A DNA stretch of 64,000 nt from assembly GCA_003167365.1 (NCBI GenBank), contig PMTM01000013.1, positions 122,667 through 186,666 of the forward strand, in the 5' to 3' direction. Source of the DNA: Spartobacteria bacterium. GTDB lineage: Bacteria; Verrucomicrobiota; Verrucomicrobiia; Chthoniobacterales; UBA10450. The position numbers were made by a program, and so were the translations under genes. The notes below the pieces were generated by a model. It was given only the letters and a program-made list of their open reading frames with translations. It had not been told where the DNA came from and did no database searches. Of this stretch, positions 34,861-46,243 are shown piece by piece (within the stretch, counting starts at the first letter, position 1; every line of letters begins with the position of its first letter).

Positions 34861-36075
34861 ATGGATCAGCAGACCGTTGACGCACTCCTGACTAGCATGC
34901 TGGGAACTGGCCACGATATCTCCGATTTGCTTTTCGTTACAGGCAAACCGCCGCTGATAGAGATTCACGGGCGCCTGCACGAATGTCCGGTGGACACGGC
35001 AAGCGGAGTGATCGACGCCGATTTCATCCGAGATATGGCTGATTACATCATTGGCGGCGACCAACGCCTGATGCGGGATTTCGCCGAGCTGGGGTCGTGC
35101 GACTGCAGCTACGCCATCGAAGACATAGCCCGGCTTCGCGTCAACATTTTCAGGCAAAACGAGCGACACGCCATCGTCATGCGGCAATTGAAGACGAAAG
35201 TGCCGACCCTTGAGTCGCTCTTACTGCCGCCGGTCTTTCGCGAAATGTTAAAGGAGAAAAACGGACTCATCCTGGTCACCGGCGCGACCGGCAGCGGCAA
35301 AACATCGACCCTCGCGGCCATAATCGACGAGTTGAATAAGACGCAACCGATCCACATTGTGACGCTAGAAGACCCAATTGAATTTCAACATCGGCATCAA
35401 AAAGCAGCGGTAAACCAGCGCGAGCTCGGCAAAGATTTCCCGACCTACGCCGATGGGTTACGCGCGGCCTTACGCCAGGCGCCCAAAGTCATCCTTGTCG
35501 GCGAAATTCGCGACCGCGAGACAATGGAAATTGCCATGTCCGCCTGCGAGACCGGCCATATTGTGTTCAGCACCCTGCACACGGTCAATGCCGCCCAGAC
35601 GATCAGCCGAATCCTCGGGATGTTCACCCGCGATGAAGAACCGCAACTGCGGCAGCGGCTTTCCGAAACGCTGCGTTACGTCGTCAGTCAGCGGCTGGTC
35701 GACAAGGTTGGCGGCGGACGTTTGCTCGTTACTGAGGTAATGGGGAACAGCCTGCGCACGCGTGAAACCCTCATTTATGGCGAATCGGAAAACAAAAGTT
35801 TCCACGAAATCATGGAGGCGGGATCGACCATGGGCTGGCATACGTTCGACCAATCCCTACTCACAGCTTTCGCCGCGAATTTGGCCGCCGAAGAAACGGT
35901 CATGACCTATTGCACGAACAAGACCCGCATGCGCCGCGAGCTCGATCAATCGAAGAAGCGTCTCGGCCACGCGACACTAGACGTTCCATCGGGATTAAAG
36001 CTCAACATTCCCGAGCCGGTTTGCCCAATTCCCGGGCAGGCTCCTGTGACGCACCTGGGAATGGCGCCCAGGTAG
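34861..36075 (+). CDS. pilT: PilT/PilU-family secretion ATPase (retraction-type) with a C-terminal extension
   Basis: Walker A GATGSGKTST, Asp box TLEDPIEF, Walker B ILVGEIRD, His box GHIVFSTLHT. Length 404 aa from ATG 34861; the track ORF starts at 34783. Confidence 0.88.
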   Translation: MDQQTVDALLTSMLGTGHDISDLLFVTGKPPLIEIHGRLHECPVDTASGVIDADFIRDMADYIIGGDQRLMRDFAELGSCDCSYAIEDIARLRVNIFRQNERHAIVMRQLKTKVPTLESLLLPPVFREMLKEKNGLILVTGATGSGKTSTLAAIIDELNKTQPIHIVTLEDPIEFQHRHQKAAVNQRELGKDFPTYADGLRAALRQAPKVILVGEIRDRETMEIAMSACETGHIVFSTLHTVNAAQTISRILGMFTRDEEPQLRQRLSETLRYVVSQRLVDKVGGGRLLVTEVMGNSLRTRETLIYGESENKSFHEIMEAGSTMGWHTFDQSLLTAFAANLAAEETVMTYCTNKTRMRRELDQSKKRLGHATLDVPSGLKLNIPEPVCPIPGQAPVTHLGMAPR

Positions 36076-36483
36076 CTAGTTCTTATCGACGCTGTATTTT
36101 CCGGGCCCGACAAAAAGAAGGCTCAAGAGCAAGATCGACATCTCTAATGCCGGAAGTCGCGCGTAAAAATCGCCACTGTTGTCCCATAGCGCGACGAGGT
36201 GGATGACGGTTATTATTAGAACAAACAGGACTCCGATTCGGAAGAATAATCCGAGAATCATGAGCACCCCGCCCGCACAGCCGAGTAGTGCGCCGGTAAA
36301 TCCCCAAAATTTGTAATGCGAATGGAAATCCAAATGTTTCATCGCGCTGCCGAAGTGTTCCCAGCTTCCGCTGCCACTCCACAAAACCGGCGCGATGAGG
36401 ACGATGATGATCAAACCGATGCTTGCGCGGATCAGCAACAGACCAGTCTCGCGATACTTGCTTAGAAATTGCAAAGCCGCCAT
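36076..36483 (-). CDS. DoxX-family membrane protein
   Basis: 135 aa, 4 TM. The N-terminus (LLLIRASIGLIIIV) and overall layout are DoxX-like. Confidence 0.75.
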   Translation of the reverse strand: MAALQFLSKYRETGLLLIRASIGLIIIVLIAPVLWSGSGSWEHFGSAMKHLDFHSHYKFWGFTGALLGCAGGVLMILGLFFRIGVLFVLIITVIHLVALWDNSGDFYARLPALEMSILLLSLLFVGPGKYSVDKN

Positions 36484-36546
36484 GACCGCGACTCTGCGCG
36501 ATCATTACTCGAATTTCAATTCAAACCGCGCCGTGTATTTTAGTTC

Positions 36547-37266
36547 ATGACCAAGATCGACAAGGCGGTGCTGCTCGCGGCCGGACGCGGCACCCGTATG
36601 CGCGAGCTGACCGCCGATATTCCCAAACCGATGATCGCGGTGCGGGGCAAACCGGTTTTGCAGCACATCATCGAAGGATTGCGGGGCGCCGGGATGCGTC
36701 ATTTTCTGATCGTCGTCGGTTATCGCGCCGATGTGGTGCGCGATCATTTCGGCGATGGCTCGCGTTACAAGATCGACATCGAGTACGCGACCCAAGTTGT
36801 GCAAGACGGCACAGGACGGGTTGTCGATCTTGCGCGCGATTTTGTGGGCAACTCGGCGTTTGTTCTGAGCTACGGCGATATTCTGGTCGATCCGCGAAAT
36901 TACAAACAGCTTGTCGATCTTGCTGATGGTGTCGAAGCGATCATTACCGTGAAACGCGACGAGGACGTGAGTAAAGGCGGCGCGGTCTTCCTAAATGAGC
37001 GAATGGAACTTGTCGATCTTCGTGAAAAGCCGAAGCCGGGCCAACCGACCAGCCCATGGTACAACGCCGGTCTTTACGCGTTTCGGCCGAGCATTTTCGA
37101 ATTTACCGCTAAGTTGCAACCCTCGCCACGCGGCGAGTACGAATTGACCGACGCGATCCGCGATCTGGCACAGTCCGGCAAGAGGGTCCGGGCGCTCGAA
37201 CTTGCCGGCGAATGGGCCGACGTGCGCGATCCGGAGATTCTGGCTCGATTAAACCGCCCCGCTTAA
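36547..37266 (+). CDS. Sugar-phosphate nucleotidyltransferase (NTP_transferase family)
   Basis: N-terminal motif LLAAGRGTRMRELTADIPKPM. Length 239 aa. I cannot determine substrate specificity. Confidence 0.85.
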   Translation: MTKIDKAVLLAAGRGTRMRELTADIPKPMIAVRGKPVLQHIIEGLRGAGMRHFLIVVGYRADVVRDHFGDGSRYKIDIEYATQVVQDGTGRVVDLARDFVGNSAFVLSYGDILVDPRNYKQLVDLADGVEAIITVKRDEDVSKGGAVFLNERMELVDLREKPKPGQPTSPWYNAGLYAFRPSIFEFTAKLQPSPRGEYELTDAIRDLAQSGKRVRALELAGEWADVRDPEILARLNRPA

Positions 37267-37275
37267 CAACGCGCG

Positions 37276-37304
37276 GTCATTCCGAGCGGAGCGAGGAACC
37301 TCAC
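37276..37304. repeat. Solo arm of the GTCATCCCGAG...GAGGGACCTC family
   Basis: GTCATTCCGAGCGGAGCGAGGAACCTCAC. Lies in the convergent gap between the NTP-transferase gene and pssA. Confidence 0.5.
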
Positions 37305-37324
37305 ACTCGCGCATCTTAGCGCGC

Positions 37325-38149
37325 CTACTCGCCCGCTTCCGCGGCTGGCTCCTCGCCAATCTCTTCTTCGATTTCGCGGCGCCATTCGCGGGAGAGCCAC
37401 GGGCGGAGAAATCCGTAGAGCAGATAGGAAATGAAAAGGACGGCCGGCATCCATTCGTAGTTCAGGACGGTAAAAACCAGGATGAAACTAATGATCAAAA
37501 AACGCGGAATGGATTTCTTCGTTCGCCAATTGACCCCTTTGAAGCTGGGGTAACGGAAACGGCTGAACATCATGAACGAAAGAAAAAGCATGAGTGGCGG
37601 CAGGACGAATTTCCATCTGCCGAGCTGATGCTCGCCCTGGGCCAGCCAAAGCATGAAGAGCGTGATCGACGCAATCAGCCCCGCGGCCGCGGGAATAGGA
37701 AAGCCGGTGAAATTTTTTTCGTTTTCGACTCCGGCTGCATCGTCTTTCGCCGCGACGCAGTTGAAACGGGCTAAACGAAGCGCGCCGCAAACGAGATAGA
37801 TGGCCGCGACGATCCAACAGGCACGCGGGAATTCCTGAAGCACGACGCGATAGACCATCAAAGCGGGCGCGACGCCGAACGAAACGATATCGGCCAGAGA
37901 ATCGAATTCGCGGCCAAACGCGCTTTCATGTCCGCCGAGGCGCGCCAGACGGCCATCAAGCAGATCAAAAATGCAGGCGCCGAGAATAAACCAGATGGCG
38001 GCGTGAAAGAGATCGCCGGCTGCGTCCGGGTTCGAAAATTGAAGCAATGCGCCTTCGAGAATTTTCAACGTGGCGGTGAATCCACAAAACAAATTGCCCG
38101 CCGTCATTAAGTTCGGCAGGAGGTAAATCTTTGGGTTTGGTTCGCTCAT
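37325..38149 (-). CDS. pssA: CDP-diacylglycerol--serine O-phosphatidyltransferase
   Basis: CDP-alcohol phosphatidyltransferase motif DLLDGRLARLGGHESAFGREFDSLADIV. ATGA overlap with the upstream psd gene. Confidence 0.9.
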   Translation of the reverse strand: MSEPNPKIYLLPNLMTAGNLFCGFTATLKILEGALLQFSNPDAAGDLFHAAIWFILGACIFDLLDGRLARLGGHESAFGREFDSLADIVSFGVAPALMVYRVVLQEFPRACWIVAAIYLVCGALRLARFNCVAAKDDAAGVENEKNFTGFPIPAAAGLIASITLFMLWLAQGEHQLGRWKFVLPPLMLFLSFMMFSRFRYPSFKGVNWRTKKSIPRFLIISFILVFTVLNYEWMPAVLFISYLLYGFLRPWLSREWRREIEEEIGEEPAAEAGE

Positions 38150-38781
38150 TGCTCAGGAAGTCGCGCAATAATTGTCGATCCACCGGACACGTGATCGCCC
38201 ACCTTCACCAGCACCGTGGCGGTGAGCGGCAAATATACTTCCGTTCGCGACCCGAAGCGAATCATCCCGAAGCGATCGCCTTTTTTTAATTCGTCGCCGA
38301 CTTGCGACCAGCCCACGATGCGTCGAGCGATCGCGCCGGTGAGCTGTCGCACAACGATGGTTGCGCGTGAATTAGCGAAAGCCCAGGTCATCGATTCATT
38401 TTTCTCGGAGCAATCGGCACGCCGGGCATCGACGCACAATCCTTCTCGATGTTCGCGATAAATAACGCGTCCGGCGATCGGCGCGCGATTTGTGTGCACA
38501 TCGAAGATCGACAAGAAAATGCCGACGCGCCGCGTCTTTGTTTTTAAGACATCGCCTTCTTCGACTTCAACAATATCTGCGATCGCGCCATCGGCGGCGG
38601 CGACGACACTGCCGGGATCGGCCGGCACCTCGCGGTCGGGGTCGCGAAAAAACGCGAGGGTATAGAGAATCAGAATCAAAAAAATCAGCGACAACCATGG
38701 CGTAAGCCAAAAGCTTGCGAGCATTAAGACGATAAGAATCGCGAAGATCCAGCGACCTTCGGCCAGGGTTTGGAGGCGCAT
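38146..38781 (-). CDS. psd: Phosphatidylserine decarboxylase proenzyme (short form)
   Basis: 211 aa with an N-terminal TM pair. C-terminal FGSRTEV matches the G-S self-cleavage site region. Coupled to pssA. Confidence 0.88.
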   Translation of the reverse strand: MRLQTLAEGRWIFAILIVLMLASFWLTPWLSLIFLILILYTLAFFRDPDREVPADPGSVVAAADGAIADIVEVEEGDVLKTKTRRVGIFLSIFDVHTNRAPIAGRVIYREHREGLCVDARRADCSEKNESMTWAFANSRATIVVRQLTGAIARRIVGWSQVGDELKKGDRFGMIRFGSRTEVYLPLTATVLVKVGDHVSGGSTIIARLPEQ

Positions 38782-38948
38782 GTGAGACCGCCAATTTCTT
38801 GTTTCGGAAAGGTCTGGTCAAGCATCTCCTCGCGGTATCGCAGACAAAACTTGGACGAAACACCCAAAACCACAATATCCTGCGCTCTGACCAATTCTCC
38901 TGCTCTAGGGCTTGCGGCCAGAAAGAGTCCTCACCACGAGATTATTAG

Positions 38949-41578
<2,630 letters not shown>

Positions 41579-41579
<1 letters not shown>

Positions 41580-41598
41580 ACAGGATTAACAGGATTTA
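41579..41598. repeat. Left inverted repeat flanking the GxxExxY gene
   Basis: GACAGGATTAACAGGATTTA overlaps the last base of the gyrB stop codon. 19 of 20 positions match the reverse complement of 42016-42035. Confidence 0.8.
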
Positions 41599-41603
41599 CT
41601 CGC

Positions 41604-42038
41604 TTGGATTCGGATCAAGATCATGCGTTGACTGAGACTGTGATCGGGCTAGCGATGAAGGTTCATCGCGCGCTTGGCCCCGGTTTTCTCGAATTGGTTT
41701 ACGTGAACGCGCTCGCCTACGAGCTTCGCCAGGCGGGCCTAAAGATCGACATGGGCGAACGAATTACTGTGCGGTATGAAGACGTAATCGTTGGTCATTT
41801 CATCGCTGATTTTGTGATCAACGATCATCTAATTTGTGAATTGAAGGCCATCAATTCGATTTCCAAAGCAGATGAAGTGCAGTTGGTGAACTATCTCACC
41901 GCCACGAATCGAGAATTTGGTCTTTTGTTTAATTTTGGAGCTCCGAGTCTTCAATTTAAGCGCAAGCATCGACGCAATGTATCGAACGCACACGAGGTTG
42001 ATCTTCATCATCTTTTAAATCCGGTTAATCCTGTCTAA
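41604..42038 (+). CDS. GxxExxY-family protein (PD-(D/E)XK nuclease-like fold)
   Basis: Family signature HRALGPGFLELVYVNALAYELRQAGL and D...E.K in FIADFVINDHLICELKAI. TTG start at 41604 or 41628. The C-terminal residues LLNPVNPV are encoded by the right inverted repeat. Confidence 0.85.
   Translation: MDSDQDHALTETVIGLAMKVHRALGPGFLELVYVNALAYELRQAGLKIDMGERITVRYEDVIVGHFIADFVINDHLICELKAINSISKADEVQLVNYLTATNREFGLLFNFGAPSLQFKRKHRRNVSNAHEVDLHHLLNPVNPV
42016..42035. repeat. Right inverted repeat flanking the GxxExxY gene
   Basis: TAAATCCGGTTAATCCTGTC. Its reverse complement GACAGGATTAACCGGATTTA differs from the left arm at one position. Confidence 0.8.
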
Positions 42039-42046
42039 GAAAATTT

Positions 42047-44656
42047 GTGTATAACGAGAACGAAAAAATAGAGCCAATTAATGTAGCCGAAGAAGTGTCG
42101 AGGTCGTTCCTCGATTACTCGATGTCGGTCATCATCTCGCGCGCGTTGCCCGATGCGCGTGACGGACTCAAACCGTCGCAGCGCAGAATTCTCTACGCGA
42201 TGCACGATTTGTCGTTGTTCCCAAACCGGCAGCACCGCAAGTGCGCGAAGATTTGCGGCGATACTAGCGGTAACTATCACCCGCACGGCGAAGCGGTGAT
42301 TTACCCGACCCTCGTTCACATGGCCCAACCGTGGGCGATGCGCGAGACGCTGGTCAACGGCCAGGGCAATTTTGGATCGGTCGAAGGCGATCCGCCCGCG
42401 GCCATGCGTTACACCGAGGCGCGCATGACGCATCTCGGCGCGGCGCTCATGACCGACATGGAGAAGGACACGGTCGATTTCGTGCCGAACTACGACGAAA
42501 CCCGCACCGAGCCCACTGTTTTCCCGTCTGCGTTCCCGAACCTGCTGGTCAATGGCGGCACCGGCATCGCCGTCGGCATGGCGACGAACATGCCTCCGCA
42601 TAATCTGGTCGAGATTATCGATGGAATCTGCGCGCAGATCGACGATCCCGAGATCACGATCGACGAGCTGCGGAAGCATGTGAAAGGACCGGACTTTCCC
42701 ACCGGTTGCGCCATTTGCGGCATCGCTGGCGTGAAACAATATCTCGAGACTGGCCGCGGCAGCATGAAGGTGCGCGGCAAAGCCGGCGTGGAGGAGATCA
42801 AGGGCGGCAGGGAACAGATCGTCATCACCGAGATCCCCTTCAACGTGAATCGCGCCACGCTGGTCGAGCGTATCGCGGATCTGGTGAACGAAAAAATTCT
42901 GGGCGAGATCACGGCAGTGCGCGACGAGTCCGATGAAAACACTCGCGTGGTCATTGAACTAAAGCGCGACGCGAATCCGAAGATCGTCATCAACAATCTT
43001 TACAAGCACACCGCGATGGAGAGCTCGTTCGCGGTCAACATGCTGGCGATCGATCACGGCCGGCCGAAGTTGCTTCCGCTCAAGGATGCAAACCAGGCTT
43101 ACATCGATCATCGCCGTGAGGTTGTCCTTCGCCGGACGCGCTTTGAATTGCGAAAGGCCGAGGAACGCGCCGAGACCCTGGAGGGTTTTCTAATCGCGCT
43201 CGCCAATCTCGACGAGTTTATTCGCATCATTCGCGGATCGGCCAATCGCGATGAAGCGCGCGTGAAACTGCTCGCTTTCGAGTTTACGCGGAAACAGGTC
43301 GAACAAATCGGCATTCTTATTCGCAATGAAACGCGCCTGGTGGAAGGCCGCTACGCATTCAGCGAACATCAGGCCAATCAGATTCTCGATCTTCGTCTCT
43401 ATCAACTCACCGGTCTCGAACGGGAAAAGATCGACGGCGAATACAAGGAGCTCATCAACAGTATCAAAGACCTTCGCGACATTCTCGCGAAAGAAGCGCG
43501 CGTCTTCACGATCATCAAAAAAGAGCTTCGTGAAATCCGCGACAAATACGGCTCGCCGCGCTTAACCGAGCTGGCGCCCGACGAAGGCGAGATCAACATG
43601 GAGGATCTCATCGCCAACGAGGGCTGCATCATCAGCATCACCCATGGCGGTTTCATCAAGCGCACGGCCGTGAGCGCTTTCCGCGCGCAGCGTCGCGGGG
43701 GTAAAGGCGTCATCGGCATGTCTACGCGCGAGGGCGCGACTGAGGAAGATGAGGGCGATTTCGTCGAACATCTCTTTACCGCTACCACCCACGATTACCT
43801 GATGTTCTTCACCCAATCAGGACGCGCCTACGTCGAGAAGGTTTACGAGATTCCAGAGATGGGTCGCGCGGCCAAGGGTAGATCGATTGTAAACCTCCTG
43901 GAGTTGCGCCCGGACGAAAAGATTGCGGCCACTATTCGCGTGCAAGCGAAGAGATCAGGCATGAGCCCGAACATTGTCGATGAAACCTGGGACGAAAACC
44001 TGCACATCGTTTTCGCGACGCGCTCCGGCATCGTTAAGAAATCCAATCTGTCCGATTACTCGAATGTACGGAAAGGCGGCATCATCGCTATCCAGATTGA
44101 AAAAGACGATCGCCTGATCGACGCCAAGCTCACCAACGGCAATAACGAGATCGTGCTCATTACCAAGGAAGGAATGAGCCTGCGTTTCCACGAAGAACAA
44201 CTGCGCGATCAGGGACGGAATACGGTTGGCGTCTGGGGCATTCGACCCGATAAGGGCGACGTCATCGTAGCGATCGCGCTGGTCGATGACGGCTCGATGC
44301 TTTTGGTCGCCGGCGAAAACGGCATCGGCAAGCGCACGCCGTTCGACAATTACCGCAAACAAAAGCGCGGCGGCAAAGGAATCATCACCATGAAAACCGG
44401 CGAAAAAACCGGCGCAGTGGTGGGCGCGTTGACGGTGACCGACAACGCCGAGCTGATGCTCATCACCACCAAAGGCCAGATGGTGCGCACACGCGTGAAA
44501 GAGATCCGCGCCGTCGGCCGAAACACCATGGGGGTGAAATTAATGGACCTCCGCGGCGCCGAAAAACTGCAGGCGATTGCGCCCGTAGTGAGCCAGGAAA
44601 CGGCCGACACCGACTCGGAAGAAGAAGCCGCTGCAAAAGGAAAGGGACACGCTTAA
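42047..44656 (+). CDS. gyrA: DNA gyrase subunit A
   Basis: DGLKPSQRRILYAM, GNYHPHGEAVIY, and the catalytic Tyr region AMRYTEARM. C-terminal beta-pinwheel repeats. GTG start. Confidence 0.97.
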   Translation: MYNENEKIEPINVAEEVSRSFLDYSMSVIISRALPDARDGLKPSQRRILYAMHDLSLFPNRQHRKCAKICGDTSGNYHPHGEAVIYPTLVHMAQPWAMRETLVNGQGNFGSVEGDPPAAMRYTEARMTHLGAALMTDMEKDTVDFVPNYDETRTEPTVFPSAFPNLLVNGGTGIAVGMATNMPPHNLVEIIDGICAQIDDPEITIDELRKHVKGPDFPTGCAICGIAGVKQYLETGRGSMKVRGKAGVEEIKGGREQIVITEIPFNVNRATLVERIADLVNEKILGEITAVRDESDENTRVVIELKRDANPKIVINNLYKHTAMESSFAVNMLAIDHGRPKLLPLKDANQAYIDHRREVVLRRTRFELRKAEERAETLEGFLIALANLDEFIRIIRGSANRDEARVKLLAFEFTRKQVEQIGILIRNETRLVEGRYAFSEHQANQILDLRLYQLTGLEREKIDGEYKELINSIKDLRDILAKEARVFTIIKKELREIRDKYGSPRLTELAPDEGEINMEDLIANEGCIISITHGGFIKRTAVSAFRAQRRGGKGVIGMSTREGATEEDEGDFVEHLFTATTHDYLMFFTQSGRAYVEKVYEIPEMGRAAKGRSIVNLLELRPDEKIAATIRVQAKRSGMSPNIVDETWDENLHIVFATRSGIVKKSNLSDYSNVRKGGIIAIQIEKDDRLIDAKLTNGNNEIVLITKEGMSLRFHEEQLRDQGRNTVGVWGIRPDKGDVIVAIALVDDGSMLLVAGENGIGKRTPFDNYRKQKRGGKGIITMKTGEKTGAVVGALTVTDNAELMLITTKGQMVRTRVKEIRAVGRNTMGVKLMDLRGAEKLQAIAPVVSQETADTDSEEEAAAKGKGHA

Positions 44657-44672
44657 TTGCGTGCCCCTTTCC
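44639..44672. terminator. Strong hairpin shared by convergent gyrA and the small lipoprotein gene
   Basis: GGAAAGGGACACGC-TTAATT-GCGTGCCCCTTTCC forms 13 bp with one A.C mismatch. The gyrA TAA lies in the loop. On the minus strand a TTTT run follows the hairpin. Confidence 0.6.
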
Positions 44673-44691
44673 AAAGGGATTCGATCGCGGA

Positions 44692-44862
44692 CTACTGGTT
44701 ATCCGAATGCGTCGTGGTCGTGTGCGTTGTGCTCGGAGTAGTCGTGGCCGTCTCTTCATGAGTGGTGGTCGTCGTCATCGTCTCTTTTTTTGACGCGCAG
44801 GAGCTGAGAAACATCGCGGCCAGGAGAGAAAGAGCGGAAGTAAGAATGGTAAGTTTTTTCAT
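44692..44862 (-). CDS. Small (56 aa) putative lipoprotein with a Thr/His-rich mature part
   Basis: Below the ORF-track size cut-off. Hand translation: MKKLTILTSALSLLAAMFLSSCASKKETMTTTTTHEETATTTPSTTHTTTTHSDNQ. It has a classical signal peptide plus lipobox (L-S-S-C), and the hairpin lies 20 nt downstream. Confidence 0.55.
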   Translation of the reverse strand: MKKLTILTSALSLLAAMFLSSCASKKETMTTTTTHEETATTTPSTTHTTTTHSDNQ

Positions 44863-45020
44863 AGATTAACTGGATTTCATAAACTGATTCGGCGCAAGTC
44901 GTTTCCGCAGATGTATTAAACGCGATCTTTTGCGAGTGCTAGACAATCGGAACTTCGCGACCCAAGGCGCTGGAAGCATAAAATTGCGTCCAGCATTTCC
45001 TTGAGCTTGACCGCCTTAGT

Positions 45021-45404
45021 CTAATCGTCCACTCGAGCACGCTGCTTCTTTAGTGCGCCACGCTTGCGTTTCGATTCGAGAATTCTTCTCTTAAGCGCGC
45101 GTGGCCGGGGGGATTTTCGCCGGCGCGCTTTTTCGCGCCGTGAAATTTCCGCGGCGCGTCGTTGCCTTTGAGTTCGCTCAATCGCATCGAGCAAACGTTC
45201 GCGCACCAGTTTTCGATTCTGGGCTTGCGACCGAGAATCCTGCACTGTCACCGCGATCCCGCTCGGTCTATGGCGCAAAGTCACCGCCGTTGAAACTTTG
45301 TTTACATTCTGTCCGCCCGGCCCGCCGGATCGCGCGAACGTTTCTTCGAGATCGGCCTCGAGTACCCCGAGCCGCGCCATGCGATTGTCTATCTTATGTT
45401 GCAT
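45021..45404 (-). CDS. arfB: Alternative ribosome-rescue factor ArfB (peptidyl-tRNA hydrolase, RF-1 domain)
   Basis: GGQ motif in [16 protein letters not shown] and a basic C-terminal tail ([28 protein letters not shown]). Length 127 aa. Confidence 0.9.
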   Translation of the reverse strand: MQHKIDNRMARLGVLEADLEETFARSGGPGGQNVNKVSTAVTLRHRPSGIAVTVQDSRSQAQNRKLVRERLLDAIERTQRQRRAAEISRREKARRRKSPRPRALKRRILESKRKRGALKKQRARVDD

Positions 45405-45419
45405 CGACGATACCGCGCG

Positions 45420-45995
45420 CTAGACCGGCGCGATGTTCTCGCGACCGTGGCGCAGCACGCGCGACATCCAGATCAATTCGTCGAGAAACTTATCCACGCG
45501 CCGTATGTAATTTTGATCGAGTAACTTTCCTTGTTCGTCGAAAAGCTTCCCCACGTGTCCGAAATTGACGTCCTCGAAGATCGCCACCAAACCGAGCTCG
45601 CGCATGACCGGAAGCAAATTCTCGATTACCCGCGCGCCACCCATTGGTCCGGCCGAAACGCCGCAAATTCCCACGGCCTTGTGGATGTATTCTTTCAGAT
45701 TCATGTCGAGCGCATGTTTCAGAAGGCCGGGATAGCCGTGATTGTATTCCGGCGTGACGATGATCAATCCGTCGCAGCGTTCGATGGTCGCGGAAAACGC
45801 CGGGTCTTTCATTTGTTCACCGGCATCGTCGAGACGCATCGGAAGATTGCGCACGTCGATCAATTCGGTTTCAACTTTTGCGCGCTTCTTCGTTTGTTCG
45901 AAGACAACGCGCGCGGCATGCTCGCTCTCACGTCCCTGGCGCGCGGTTCCGAGAATGATCGGAATGAAGAGCGGTTTCTCGGTGTTGGTCGGCAT
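45420..45995 (-). CDS. NAD(P)H-dependent FMN reductase-family oxidoreductase
   Basis: Flavodoxin-like fold with LFIPIILGTARQGRESEH and IIVTPEYNHGYPG motifs. ATG 45995 is preferred over the track's TTG at 46019. Confidence 0.85.
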   Translation of the reverse strand: MPTNTEKPLFIPIILGTARQGRESEHAARVVFEQTKKRAKVETELIDVRNLPMRLDDAGEQMKDPAFSATIERCDGLIIVTPEYNHGYPGLLKHALDMNLKEYIHKAVGICGVSAGPMGGARVIENLLPVMRELGLVAIFEDVNFGHVGKLFDEQGKLLDQNYIRRVDKFLDELIWMSRVLRHGRENIAPV

Positions 45996-46028
45996 GTCGA
46001 TCTCAGTTACGCGTTGCAATCAATCCGC

Positions 46029-46115
46029 TGCCGATGGCCGGACTCGAACCGGCACGGGCCGTTTAAAGCCCAACGGATTTTAAGTCCGTTGCGTCTGCCA
46101 TTTCGCCACATCGGC
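46029..46115 (-). tRNA. tRNA-Leu (anticodon UAA)
   Basis: The reverse complement folds as GCCGATG...ACGGA-CTTAAAA-TCCGT, a long variable arm, GCCGG-TTCGAGT-CCGGC, CATCGGC, A. Length 87 nt (class II tRNA). Confidence 0.93.
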
Positions 46116-46243
46116 GTTGCGAACGATGAAGTCTAAACAGGTTTCCCCCACACGGCCAAAATGAATTCGCGCCGTAAACATCATTTGTTCGAGAAAACAT
46201 CTCGAACTTTAGGTGCTGAATTTCGTAGAGTATTTGTAAATCA

